A stretch of DNA of 64,000 nucleotides. Source: Octopus sinensis. Its lineage: Eukaryota. The notes beneath the pieces were generated by a model, which had not been told where the DNA came from, did not search any database, and saw only the letters and a program-made list of their open reading frames with translations. Below are positions 1 to 11,332 of the stretch, piece by piece (position 1 is the stretch's first letter; each line of letters starts with the position of its first letter). The position numbers were made by a program, and so were the translations under genes. The stretch lies in NCBI RefSeq assembly GCF_006345805.1, contig NC_043002.1:77500001-77564000 (forward strand). The letters are read 5' to 3'.

Positions 1-42
1 TTACATCTCTAAAAATGCTTCTATAATTATCTCCCTTACAAA

Positions 43-71
43 CCCGAGCAACGCCGGGCGATACTGCTAGT
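43..71 (+). mobile_element. Helitron-type 3' terminus
   Basis: GC-rich hairpin CCCG-a-GC-aac-GC-CGGG (43-58), then CTAG (67-70) and a T: the standard Helitron 3' signature. The rest of the element lies outside the window or is unrecognisable. Confidence 0.6.
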
Positions 72-102
72 TTATTATAAAAATATGAGAAAATAGAATA
101 GT

Positions 103-456
103 ATTTAATAAATTGTTATTTATTAATTTAAAAAATTGACAAACATCCCTTACAGCTGTTTCAATTCCAGACCTTCAAAAAATTAATTAATTAAATCAAA
201 ATTATTTGAAAGTCAAATTTTTTCAGAGGTAGTTTAAGATATACAAAATAGGTGTTCAATTCCTGCATGTTGATGTTAAAGTTTACTCAGCATGCAGGAA
301 TTCAACACCTATTTTGTATATCTTAAACTACCTCTGAAGAAATTTGACTTTCAAATAATTTTTAACTTAATTAATTAATTTTCTGAAGGCCTGAAATTGA
401 AACAGCTGTAAGGGATGTTTGTCAATTTTTTAATTAATAAATAATAGTTTATTAAT
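103..456. repeat. Long inverted repeat (arms about 170 bp, 13-nt loop at 274-286), probably Penelope-like pLTR-derived
   Basis: The arms read as reverse complements with scattered substitutions, e.g. AAACATCCCTTACAGCTGTTTCAATT vs AATTGAAACAGCTGTAAGGGATGTTT. Each arm carries a hammerhead-like motif. Confidence 0.85.
327..417 (+). ncRNA. Type I hammerhead ribozyme candidate
   Basis: CUGAAGA 334-340; long AU-rich helix II (AAUUU/AAAUU plus imperfect extension); GAAA 399-402; palindromic helix III ACAGCUGU; GUA cleavage after 410; helix I CCU/AGG is short. Confidence 0.55.
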
Positions 457-481
457 CACCTCTCTATTACATATGTATGTA

Positions 482-1660
482 TATCATCATCATTCAGCAT
501 CCATTTTCCATGCTGGCATCAGTTAGTTTGACTGGGATTGGTAAGCGTGAGAGCTGTATCAGGTTCCAGTATGATTTGGCTTGGTTTCTATGGCTGGATG
601 CTCTTTCTAATGCCAACCACTCCAAGAGTATATTTGGTGCTTTTTATGTTTCACCAGCACTAGCCATGACTACAATTTCACTTGGCTTGATGAGTCTTCT
701 CAAGTACAGCAAATCATCAAAGGTCTCAGTCACTTATCTATGTGAGACCCAACATCCAAAGATCATACTTTACTTTACCACTTTGTTTCATGTCTTCCTG
801 GGTCTATATCTACCACAGTTAGAGATCAGCACTTCTTTACACAGCTGTCCTCATCCCTATACATCACATGACCATACCAGTGAGGTTGCCTCTCTTGCAC
901 ATCACATATGATGCCTCTTATGGCCAATTTTTCTCTCAAGATGTTTATACTGTTGCACATGTACACTGACATTGCAAACACACTAGCTTCATTTATTTCA
1001 AGCCTTCACACATCTTCTTCAGTCACAGCCCATGTCTTACTGCCATGTAGCATGGTTGTTCGCACGCAGGCATCATACAATCTGCCTTTCACTCTGAGGG
1101 AGAGGCCTTTTGTTACCAACAAGGATAGAAGCTCTCTGAAATTTGCCCAGCTTATTTTTATTCTAGTAGCTACACTCTCAGAGCATCCACCTCCACTCTT
1201 GGAGCATCCACCCAGATAATGGAAGCTATCAAGTTCTTCTAAGTATCCTCCCCTGGTATTTGATGAAGTCTGTTTCCTGTACATTTCTAGTGTTTATTGT
1301 ACCAATACATTGACCACACACAAAGACTCCTTTCTCTGCTAACCTTCCTCTAATATTGCTGCACCTCTTATGTATTTCTACCTATGCTTTCTCTTCATAT
1401 CAAGCAAGGCCATCACCCTGGAGGGATTTGAGATTTATTTATTTTCCTACTTACTAAGACTTTGAGCTTTGCTAAATTGACACTAAGGCCCTTCAATTCC
1501 AGACTTTGCTTCCACAACAGAAATTTCTTCCCTAGTTCTGGTAGTGATTCAGATATAAGAACAAGGTCATCAGCATAGAGGAACTCCCAAGGGCAGCCTG
1601 TCTTAAATTCCTCCGTTATTGCCTGGAGGACTATGGTGAACAAGGGTGACTATCTGACCA
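482..1660 (-). mobile_element. 5'-truncated, degenerate RTE-clade LINE
   Basis: Minus-strand peptides LQAITEEFKTGCPWEFLYADDL and VKGRLYDACVRTTMLHGSKTW; 3' UTR and (GAT)n tail near 482-660 match the other copies in the window. Confidence 0.9.
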
Positions 1661-1747
1661 GAGTTCGATTGGATTTAAAAAGTAACACTATCACCTTCAA
1701 ATGAATACCAATGCTGGATGCTTGTTTGAACTAGTTCACTTTGAAAA

Positions 1748-2023
1748 TGTGATAAGTGTGGTGAAAAGGAGCGTAACAGAACAAGGAAAAGAATTAGAAG
1801 TGTAATTTGGTCTTACCTGTAGAGATGAAGCCGGATTCGCCTTGAGCCAACTTGCTAGCGTCTTGTCGTCTTGGCGTCGTTCTCGAGTCTGACTGCGCTG
1901 GTTGATGCCGCACGTGCGTTCTGTCTTCTCTCACTTCCGCTTCCGCCGGCGCATGCGCCCTGCGAGACCTGCAGACCCACTTCCGCTCCCTCCATCTCTG
2001 TCACACTCCCTCATCACCACACA
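1748..2023 (-). repeat. 3' LTR
   Basis: Matches 5725-6000 apart from four small indels; I found no substitutions. Confidence 0.97.
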
Positions 2024-2038
2024 ACGCCCCCCTGATCT
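2024..2038 (-). other. Polypurine tract
   Basis: AGATCAGGGGGGCGT immediately precedes the 3' LTR on the element strand. Confidence 0.7.
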
Positions 2039-2060
2039 ATAGATCACTGAACCGGCTTCC

Positions 2061-5016
2061 TCACTCGCTCCCGCACCTGAGACTGGTTTCGTAGTCAGCC
2101 AACCAGGGAGAGGGTGCCGCTCCCTCTGTGGTCGCAGTGCGACCTGGACTTGTTTCTGGCGTGTTGCTGCCGACCTCGTCATCCTGTCTGTTGTTATCGT
2201 CTTGCCCACTGTTGCTTGTCCCATCCTCCGGGGCATGGACAATCCTCCGTATGTCCAAAACGTGGCATGGCATACCATCTACCGAGATGTTATTCTTTGA
2301 ATTTACGGAGGTTATAGTCCCCTTTCCCCATTGCGATGTACACCGTGCGTTCGGAGGTTTCACCCAGACTTCCTCCCCGACCTGTACGAAGGCGTGCTCT
2401 TCCTCTGCCCCGGGTCGCATTGATGTAGTACACGGATGCCTCCACTCGTACCTGAATATTGCCCTGTGTGGCACCGACTCCTCGGCCTGTCCTGATCTGG
2501 GCGACATGTTGTACCAAAACACGGCCTCGACTGGTGAAATGTGACCCCTCTCAGCCATGGCCTTGATGGTACGATGATGCCTTTCACCACCCCCCCGTTT
2601 CCACTTGGCCGGTATGCCGCCCTGAAGAAGCGGTTGACCTTCCACTCATCAAGCATTTCTCTCAGCGCCTCCGAGCGAAATGCAGTGCCGTTGTCCAGAA
2701 GCAGTTCATCCACGGGGCCTCGTTCCAGGAATATCTCGTTCAGCACTTTCGCAATTTCTTCTGCGGTTCCTGACCTCATCTCCCTCCATATGGCGAACCG
2801 CCCCGGTCCGCAGTCAACCATGAGAGGTATGTCCCCTGCCGGTAGTGTGTTATGTCCACCGCCAGTCGTCTCCAGTCCTGATCCACTGGAATACTTCCCG
2901 CTTCATGCACGACCGGAGCAGGGTCGATGGACTGGCACCTGTCACAACTGCTAACCACTCTCCGCACGCTCTGTCTTGTTACGTCGGAGTCGACTTTTCT
3001 GGCCAGGAACAACGTCCTGTCCACACCCATGTGATGCATGGTGTGCAGTCTCCGCAACTCCGAGTCGCTCAGATGGCATACTGCAGCTACATCCTGCTTC
3101 GCGTCCTCTGGCACTTGCAACCAGGCTCGCTTAACCCTGGTCAGGACGTCTGCCCTGTTCTTCTCGGAAGGCACAAAGATCACGCTCAGCTTCAGATTGA
3201 ACTCAGTGGTCAGTTCACGCAGTATCCCCAATCGACGCTTTACCAGCATCTCTGCAGCCCCTTTGGTCCGCACCCTCCGCTCATCGGTGATGACTGCCGT
3301 CGCCCAACCAAGTACAGTGGCTGAATCAGTCCTGATTTCTATGGTGTGCAACCCCCACTTCAAGGCTAGGTTCACCCCCTTCAGCACGGCTTCCAACTCC
3401 GCCACGTTGATGTGACTGCAGTCATCCATCTTCCTGAGCCAGGCTGCATCTTCCACCGTGACACCTCCCACTTCCAAGACAATCCCTATTGCGATGCTAC
3501 TGGCGTCACACCATACGATCCCGCTCTTTGATTTGGGAACGTACCAGCTGCCCCTCACCGGGTCCTCTGTTCTTACTCTGACCAGGACTTCCTGCATCAT
3601 GTCGATCGTCCTCTCCCCCACTTTATCATTCCACTTCACTCCTTCGGCTCGTCTCTTGATGAAGCTGCATGCTGTCCGGAGCCAGCCTGCAATCGGGTAG
3701 TGTCCCACCAGCTTCCCACACACAGAGAACAGCTCCCGTCTACTCATGCTGGCGCCCAGTTCAGGGATCTCATTCCCTCGCCGGAACACCAAGGCGCCGG
3801 CTTTGTCTCTCCATAGCTTGAGCCCAGTGCAGCACCTCCTCCTCCATAGCCTCTGGCGGCTTGGCGATCAGTCCAAAACTCTTCAGTGGCCTATGACCTC
3901 CGTTGCTGGTATCACGGTTTCATCCACCAGAATGTCGTCGATGTATGAATTGGTGGCCCTTTTTACTCTGTCCACCTTCCCCAGGACGGCCTTGAGAATT
4001 GTTGCCATAATCTTTGGAGCTGAATTCAGCCCGAATCCCAACCTGGTCAGACAGTACGTCCGCCCCTATACCTGACGAGCTGGTACCTCCATAGTTTCTC
4101 AGCCACATGAACCTGAAGGTATGCCGACTTCAAATCGACAATCGTGAGGCCCCCGCCGTCTGCCTCCACTCTCGCAAGGTGTCTCCGCAGACATCCGTGG
4201 CCTCGCCGCCTGTATGACACGACACGTGGTCATTCAGCTCTCGGAAGTCGAGCACTGGCCTGACCTTACGTTTTGTGGGCTGTATCACCGCCATCAGTGG
4301 CAGGACTCCGCTCTCTTCTTTTTCCCAGGGGATCAGTATGCCCTCCTTAATCCACCGCTCCACCTCCCCCTCGAACTCACTTCTGGCATCTCCTTTTAGA
4401 GTATGCTGATAGCAGCCCACTTTGTTCTTTAACATCGGGGGCTCTCCCTTCCAGTGCCACTCCACTGTCCACCTCTCGCCATCAAAGACAGCCCGAAAAT
4501 CCTGGTCTTCAATGGTGTGCGCCGCATCCATTTCCTCACGGTTGTCGTCGGTGCGTGGTGTCGCCCTACACGGCTTCCCTGCTAGCCCAAACGTTACGCC
4601 AGCCTCGTTGACGGTAACACCTCCCAGACGGGTGATCGCATCCATCCCCATCACCACGTCGATCTCGTCCACCAAGTGACCGACCACAATCGCTCGCACG
4701 TCAGCTGAAGTCCCTGCACCACGATCTGCGCATCCGTAACCCCTTCGCAGTGCACTTCTCTTCCGTCGACTGCCCTGACACTGCCTCCTCCACTCCACGT
4801 CTCTGCCACTTCTGTGGTCATCAGGGTCGTCGTACAGCCCGTGTCCACCAGGGCTCGCGACATCTTCCCCTTCACCAGAATGTCGACCACAGGTAACGAT
4901 GAGAAACGCGCCGCTACTAATCCAAAGGGACAACTACCGGCGCAGTAGTCTCCCGCGGTCCGTTTCCCCGCAGACACTCGCTGGCCACATGCCCCGGCTC
5001 TCGGCACCGGTAGCAA
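2061..5016 (-). pseudogene. pol: pol (protease, RT, RNase H, integrase), broken by frameshifts
   Basis: Protease ALVDTGCTTT; RT VRPVLDFRELN, IVDLKSAYLQ, LGFGLNSAP and YIDD (3934-3945); RNase H VWCDASS, HINVAELEAV, IRTDS, NRADVLTR; integrase HTMHH..CDRC, LAVDITH, LLDNGTAF, ERHHRTIK. Confidence 0.93.
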
Positions 5017-5671
5017 ATCACCTCGGGCTTGGGCGACGCGCAGTCACGGACCATGTGTGGGCCCTGGCACCGGAAACACTGTCCCTTAAACGACCGCACG
5101 CGTTCTTTCCCCAGCCCCTCTCCGTTGCTCCTAGCTGGGCCACTTTTCGACGTTGCAGTCGCTGCTACCGACGTCGACCTGCTGCACGACACCAGTACAC
5201 GTGCCCGCGATATAATCTCGGCCATCGGCATCGAACGCACGTTCGGGAGCTTCTGTAGCTGACCGACATGATGTCGGGAAAGCCGGTCACGAACGCACAA
5301 CCTGACCGTGCGTTCTAGCGACTCTCCTCATATCCCGCAAGTTTTGCCAACCTTCTAAGCTCGCCGGCGAACACGTCCACCTGCTGTCCTGTCCACCTCA
5401 TCCTACCCAGTCGAGTGTACGCTTCGAACATTCCTTCCGCGAAGGCCTCCATAAGTCGGATCTCCACCTTGTCCGCGCTGCGTTGGTCCGCTTCCTCCAT
5501 CTCCAGATATAACGCCAACGCCAGGCCATCCAAATACAACGGCATAAAACTAGCCAGGTCAGCTATGCCGTGTAGCTTCGCCACCAACTTCACCCTCCTC
5601 AACCAAGCGACCACGTCGGTGTCGCCGCAAAACGGTGTTATAGGGTCGCGTGAAATCATAGCAGTCTGCAT
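4917..5671 (-). pseudogene. gag: gag with two zinc knuckles, frameshifted near 5300-5320
   Basis: ATG at 5671 (MQTAMISRDPITPFCGD...); knuckles CFRCQGPHMVRDC and CYRCREPGHVASEC. Confidence 0.9.
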
Positions 5672-5712
5672 AATTTTTATTTTTTATTTTCACGAAACCG
5701 AGTGATTATTTT

Positions 5713-5724
5713 GCCGAAATAGCT
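5713..5724 (-). other. Putative non-canonical primer-binding site AGCTATTTCGGC
   Basis: Directly abuts the 5' LTR and has no TGG start. Its reverse complement GCCGAAATAGCT equals nt 1-12 of metazoan tRNA-Phe(GAA) as I recall it. Confidence 0.7.
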
Positions 5725-6000
5725 TGTGATAAGTGTGGTGAAAAGGAGCGTAACAGAACAAGGAAAAGAATTAGAAGTGTAATTTGGTCTTACCTGTAGA
5801 GATGAAGCCGATTCGCCTTGAGCCAACTTGCTAGCGTCTTGTCGTCTTGGCGTCGTTCTCGAGTCTGACTGCGCTGGTTGATGCCGCACGTGCGTTCTGT
5901 CTCTCACTTCCGCTTCCGCCGGCGCATGCGCCCTGCGAGACCTGCAAGACCCACTTCCGCTCCCTCCATCTCTGTCACACTCCCTCATCACCACACCACA
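5725..6000 (-). repeat. 5' LTR
   Basis: Direct repeat of 1748-2023. Confidence 0.97.
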
Positions 6001-6420
6001 GAAAACATTGTGAGTGATGGACTGTTGATAAAATTGTAGTGACTAGGATGCATAATTGCACACAGAGCAATGTGCAGTTGCTGCAGTAGAAGCATGTTGG
6101 TCAGTGTTATATATGCTGCAGATAATGTTTTATTAAAAAAGTTTGGGATGTGAATAAATCTCCACTCTCCTCTTGATTATCAATTATATACTCTACGAAA
6201 TATTTGCGGTTCTGAATAGAAACATGGAACTACCCGACAAGTGAAGCTTTCAAGAACCAGTATCTCTTTTAAGCTTGAGTACTATGTAATTGGATCATTG
6301 TGCATAGCCAGCATCTATACACATTTGTGAGATAATATGGTATCCACCAGGATAATTTATCTCTTTTAAACTCTCTCTCTATATATATATGTATGTGTGT
6401 GTGTATATATATATATATAT

Positions 6421-6775
6421 AAAGCACCATTCAAGCGTGATTGTTACCAGAGTCGCCTTCCTGGCACATGAAAAAATATTCAAGCAAGGTCGTTGCCAGT
6501 GCCACTGGACTGGATCCTGTGCAGGTGGCACATAAAAAACACCATCTGAATGTGGTCGTTACCAGTACCGCCTGACTGGCCCTCATGCTGGTGGCACGTA
6601 AAAGCACCCACTACACTCTCGGAGTGGTTGTCATTAGGAAGGGAATCCAGCTGTAGAATCTCTGCCAGATCAGACTGGGGCCTGGTGCAGCCATCTGGTT
6701 CGCCAGTTCTCAGTCAAATCGGCTAACCATGCCAGCATGGAAAGCAGATGTCAAACGCTGATAATGATGATGATA
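6421..6775 (+). mobile_element. RTE 3' UTR fragment with (GAT)n tail
   Basis: Same sequence as 54200-54693, including degenerate 63-bp units and the AAAGCACCCACTACACTCTCGGAGTGG block. Confidence 0.85.
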
Positions 6776-7604
6776 TATATATATATATATATATATACAT
6801 CTCTTCCTCGCATTTCCACTTCATGCACTATACTTACCTCCCACTCCCCAATCATGTCCTCTTGGCTCTGTTTCACTGTATCATTTCATTGCTATCCACT
6901 AGCCTCTGACAAGAAAACTTTCACACACCCTATCCCAACAAAAAAAATCTACATCTCTATATTTCTTTTCCTCATATTTCCTCCTTCATACACTATGCCC
7001 ATCTCTCACTCCCCAATCCTGTCCTCACAACCCTGATTCTGTGTATTATTGCTATCCAACCCTCCATTCCTTCTATATATACCCAGGTCTTCACCACTCA
7101 CTTCCTCATCCCTCTGCACTCTCTAATCCCATTCTTTTTGCAATATCCTGCCACTTATAGTATGACCTTCAAATCTCAAAGGTATGTCCTGGCATTTTCC
7201 ACCATCTATATCTCTCTCTTCCTTTACTCAACCATCCCATTTATATTCTGATCCACCGGCTGTTGTGAGTATATCCAGCACTTTCCCCACCATCTAAATC
7301 ATGCTATCTCCCACTCTCTCTCTTCTGCACTTCCCTCAGGTTGGGTAACCATGTATCTCCTTGCAGGCAGCAGCACACCTGCTTGTCTTCATTCTTGATA
7401 TCTCTCTCTCTCTCTCTCTCTCTCTGGCTGGGTAACCTTGTATCTCCTCTACAGCAAAACACCTGTTTGTCTCTCTGTCTCACTATAACCTTTCATCATC
7501 TTACACAAGGTCACCTCCTCATATGCCCCCTTTTTTCGCAAATGGTTTTTGTCTTGCAAGTACTTGTTGACCCGTCAGTAAAGGTGCCACTTAAAAAGCT
7601 TCCC

Positions 7605-8753
7605 CCGCCCCTCCTTCCAAAATTCATTTGTCCATGACAGAAAATACTACTCCAGTACTGTTCTGACCATGTCTACAGAATTCATATTTTTTCCATCCAA
7701 ACGATTTTCAAGACTGCTGAATAAATGATAACCAGATGGGACAATATCCGGTGAATATGGTGGGTGGGGTATCATTTCCCATTCAAACTGCTCCAGCCTT
7801 TGAAATGTCATCCTCACTGTATGTAGCTGGGCATTATCCTGATGGAGGAACACCTTTCATCTTGAAACCAAAGATGGTCGGGGTTTTTTTTCTAGTGCTA
7901 ATTTAAGCCACTTGAGCTGCTCACAGGAGATCTCCTTTGTCGTCATTTGGTTTGGGTTTAAAAGTTCAAAGTAGACTAAACCTTTCATATCCCACCAAAC
8001 AGATAACAATACCTTACATGGGTGAAGACTGCCTAGGGTGCCAGCATTTCTCCTTTTCCTACACACTGTCTTCAGTGCTTAACATTTTTTTTTATAGAGA
8101 ACCCATTTCTTGTCACCAGTCACTATTCAGTCCAAAAAAGATTCATTTGTGAGATGTGACAGCAAAGAGAACACATTCACTTTCTGCATGTGATTAGACT
8201 CAGAAAGTTTGTGAGGAGCCCATTGATCCAATTTGCTGACTTTTCTGATGGCACACAAGTGTTGATGAGCTAAAAAGTCAGAGACCAAATCCAAGCTTCT
8301 CTGCTAGTTCTTCAACTGTTACAATGGGATTTTGTTCCGCCAGGGTTTGCAAGACGTTCTTGTTAAGCTCTACATATCTTCCAAGATGAGGTTCATCTTC
8401 TAAGCTGTAGTTTCCAGCTCAGAAATTGTGGAATTGCCGTTGACACTGGCTTATGCTTATTGTCTGATCCCTATATACTGTATCAATATTCCTCACACTT
8501 TCCATTGTGTTGTTGCCTCCACTGAACTCATAAAGAAAAATATGCCAAATATGCTCCTTTGTCACTTTTTTACAGCTTTGAAAAAATAACTGTTAAAATC
8601 GAACTGCACTCTTCAAAACTATCACTAGAAATAAGGACAAGGTAAAACTACTACCTGTTTTTATTGCAAGTTGATGCAAGTAGTTTATCCTGTCCCCCTC
8701 TGACTTTTAGCTCATGCAATTGAAAAAGCCACATTCTTTATGGGATGACCCAA
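7605..8753 (-). mobile_element. Degenerate mariner transposon, one end truncated
   Basis: Peptides KVLLSVWWDMKGLVYFELL, LHQDNA and HPPYSPDIVPSGYHLF; TIR ...TTTATGGGATGACCCAA at 8737-8753, same family as 34112-35387. Confidence 0.9.
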
Positions 8754-8799
8754 CATATATACATATATATATACATATATATATATATATTATATATAT

Positions 8800-8861
<62 letters not shown>

Positions 8862-8864
8862 TGG

Positions 8865-9120
8865 CACTCATGCCAGTAGAACGTTAAAAGCACATCCGAG
8901 CGTGATTTTTTCCAGGGCCACAGATTGGCCCTCATGCCAGTGGGATGTAAAAAGCACCCACTACACTCTCAGAGTGGTTAATGTTAGGAAGGACATCCAG
9001 CTGTAGAAACTTTGCCAAACCAGATTGAGCCTGGTGTGGCCTCTGATTCACCAGTCCTCAATCAAACCGTCCAGCCCATGCCAGCATGGAAAGCAGACGT
9101 TAAACAATGATGATGATGAT

Positions 9121-9122
<2 letters not shown>
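8865..9122 (+). mobile_element. RTE 3' UTR fragment
   Basis: Matches the other RTE tails and ends in (GAT)n. Confidence 0.85.
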
Positions 9123-9189
<67 letters not shown>

Positions 9190-10404
9190 TGAGGAGTATA
9201 ATGAATAAATGCTGTAATTGGTCAAAGTGACTTTATAACATTCCCGTATTATCACAATATCAAACATAAATACATGCAAACATATATATATTAAATGGTG
9301 GTGCACCAGCATGGCCACAGTCGTTGGGCCGGAACACATAAAGGAAAGTAGATGAAATATATTGCATGCTTAAATCTGTCAATGACCGAACAAAGCTTTG
9401 ATAATGCATTTGCGCAGGTGGTGTGACTTCATATTAATACATCAACACGAATGCATAACAAAAATTACTGTAATAACACATACATATATGTTATATATAC
9501 AATGATTTATGTGAAATGTTTCTAAAACCATGTCTTGGTTTATCAAAAGCTTACCACCACTCTAAGGCATCTTTCTATTTTTATTAATTTTCGTTAATTC
9601 TCATTAATTCATTAATTTTCTTATAGTGCAACAGATTTGTCAAGCTGACTGCCTTTTGGCTGAATTCCAGAAGTGTTTCATTTCCCAACCACATGTATAA
9701 TGAAAGATTGGATTTTTGTAGGTCTTCTTATCTTTTTTTTTTCTCCAAATTTTTTGCCAAAATATTTTGAATATATTTTTCTTTAATTTTCCATACAATT
9801 ATAATTTGGTTCTAGACTAGAGGAATTCAGATCTTTATTTAATGCAGTTAATGCACAAAAGTAATCTAAATAGTTTACAGACAGACATTCCTGTATGTTC
9901 TAACTAGTTCCAGAGCAACTCAATTTATCATATCAAAACATTTTATTTATTTTATCTTTTTAATTTCCTCTGAGTTCAATTCTCAGCTTTGGTCAGCATT
10001 GCCTTTCACCTTTCAAGAGTCAAAAGAATAATGTAACAGTTGAGTTCTTGGGGGATCTATATAAACCTATGTACCCCTCCCCTAAACGTGAACTTTTATC
10101 TTTCACTCATTTCACTCGTTGGACTGCAGCCATACTGGGGCATTGCCTTTTTTTATAGTTGAATAAAATGATCCCTGTACTTCATTTTTTAAATCTAGTA
10201 ATCATTCTATTGGCCTCTTTTTGCTGAACCAGTAAATTATGGGGATGTAAACAAACCAACTCTAGTTGTCGAGTAGGAAGGGGAAATAAACACATACATA
10301 CTCATATATATATTTGTGTGTGTGTATATACATCTCTCTCTCTCTCTCTCGCTATATATTATATACATATATATATATATATAATGAACTTTCACACAGT
10401 TTTC

Positions 10405-10638
10405 TATTATTTCTTTACTGCCCACAAGGGGCTACACACAGAGGGGACAAACAAGGATAGACAAATGGATTAAGCCGATTACATCGACCCCAGTGTATAA
10501 CTGGTACTTATTTAATCAACTTCGAAAGGATGAAAGGCAAAGTCAACCTCGGCGGAATTTGAACTCAGAACGTAGCAGCAGACGAAATACCACTAAGCAT
10601 TTCGCCCAGCATGCTAACGTTCCTGCCAGCTTGCCGCA
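10405..10638 (-). mobile_element. tRNA-derived SINE family B (Meta-domain-like core)
   Basis: The reverse complement gives head GCGGCAAGCTGGCAGGAACGTTAGC..GAGTTCAAATTCC and core GCCTTTCATCCTTCG..TAAGTACCAG, shared with 28947-29187. Confidence 0.8.
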
Positions 10639-10915
10639 CAGTTTCCATCTACCAAATTCACTCATAAGGCACTGGTGAGCCCAGGGCCATAATAGATGAT
10701 ACTTGCCCAAGGTGCCAGCCTCATAGTGGGACTGAACTCAATCCTACATGATTGTGAAGTGAGCTTCTAAACCACTGTGTTAGGAATCAGAACTTTGTTT
10801 TTTAACTGATATGTGCTTAAACATTCTTGATATATGTTTTCCAACATCAGGCTGCTCTGATACACAAAACAAAGACAGAAAGAAACCAGGGAAATTATGT
10901 ATGTTAATTCTTTTC

Positions 10916-11130
10916 TTTCTTTTTTCTTTTACTTGTTTCAGTCATTTGACTGCAGCCATGCTGGAGCACCGCCTTTAGTCGAGCAAATCGACCCCGGGAC
11001 TTATTCTTTGTAAGCCCAGTACTTATTCTATCGGTCTCTTTTGCCAAACCGCTAAGTGACGGGGACGTAAGCACACCAGCATCGGTTGTCAAGCAATGCT
11101 AGGGGGACAAACACAGACACACAAACACAT

Positions 11131-11161
<31 letters not shown>

Positions 11162-11332
11162 CATATATACGACAGGCTCCTTTCAGTTTCCGTCGACCAA
11201 ATCCACTCACAAGGCATTGGTCGGCCTGGGGCTATAGCAGAAGACACTTGCCCAAGATGCCACGCAGTGGGACTGAACCCGGAACCATGTGGTTGGTTAG
11301 TAAGCTACTTACCACACAGCCACTCCTGCGCC
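10916..11332 (-). mobile_element. tRNA-derived SINE family A, full length, with internal (TA)/(TG) tract
   Basis: A box TGGCTGTGTGG and B box GGTTCAGTCCC; near-identical to 14086-14484 and 37540-37964. Confidence 0.9.

Larger units (their letters stand above)
1748..6000 (-). mobile_element. Full-length Ty3/Gypsy LTR retrotransposon, 4253 bp
   Basis: Two 276-bp TG...CA LTRs; 5-bp TSD GAAAA (1743-1747 and 6001-6005); domain order gag-PR-RT-RH-INT. Confidence 0.97.

Noticed and set aside
2114-5705. Numerous plus-strand ORFs over the LTR element
   Set aside because: Antisense shadows of GC-rich gag-pol, with no recognisable motifs.
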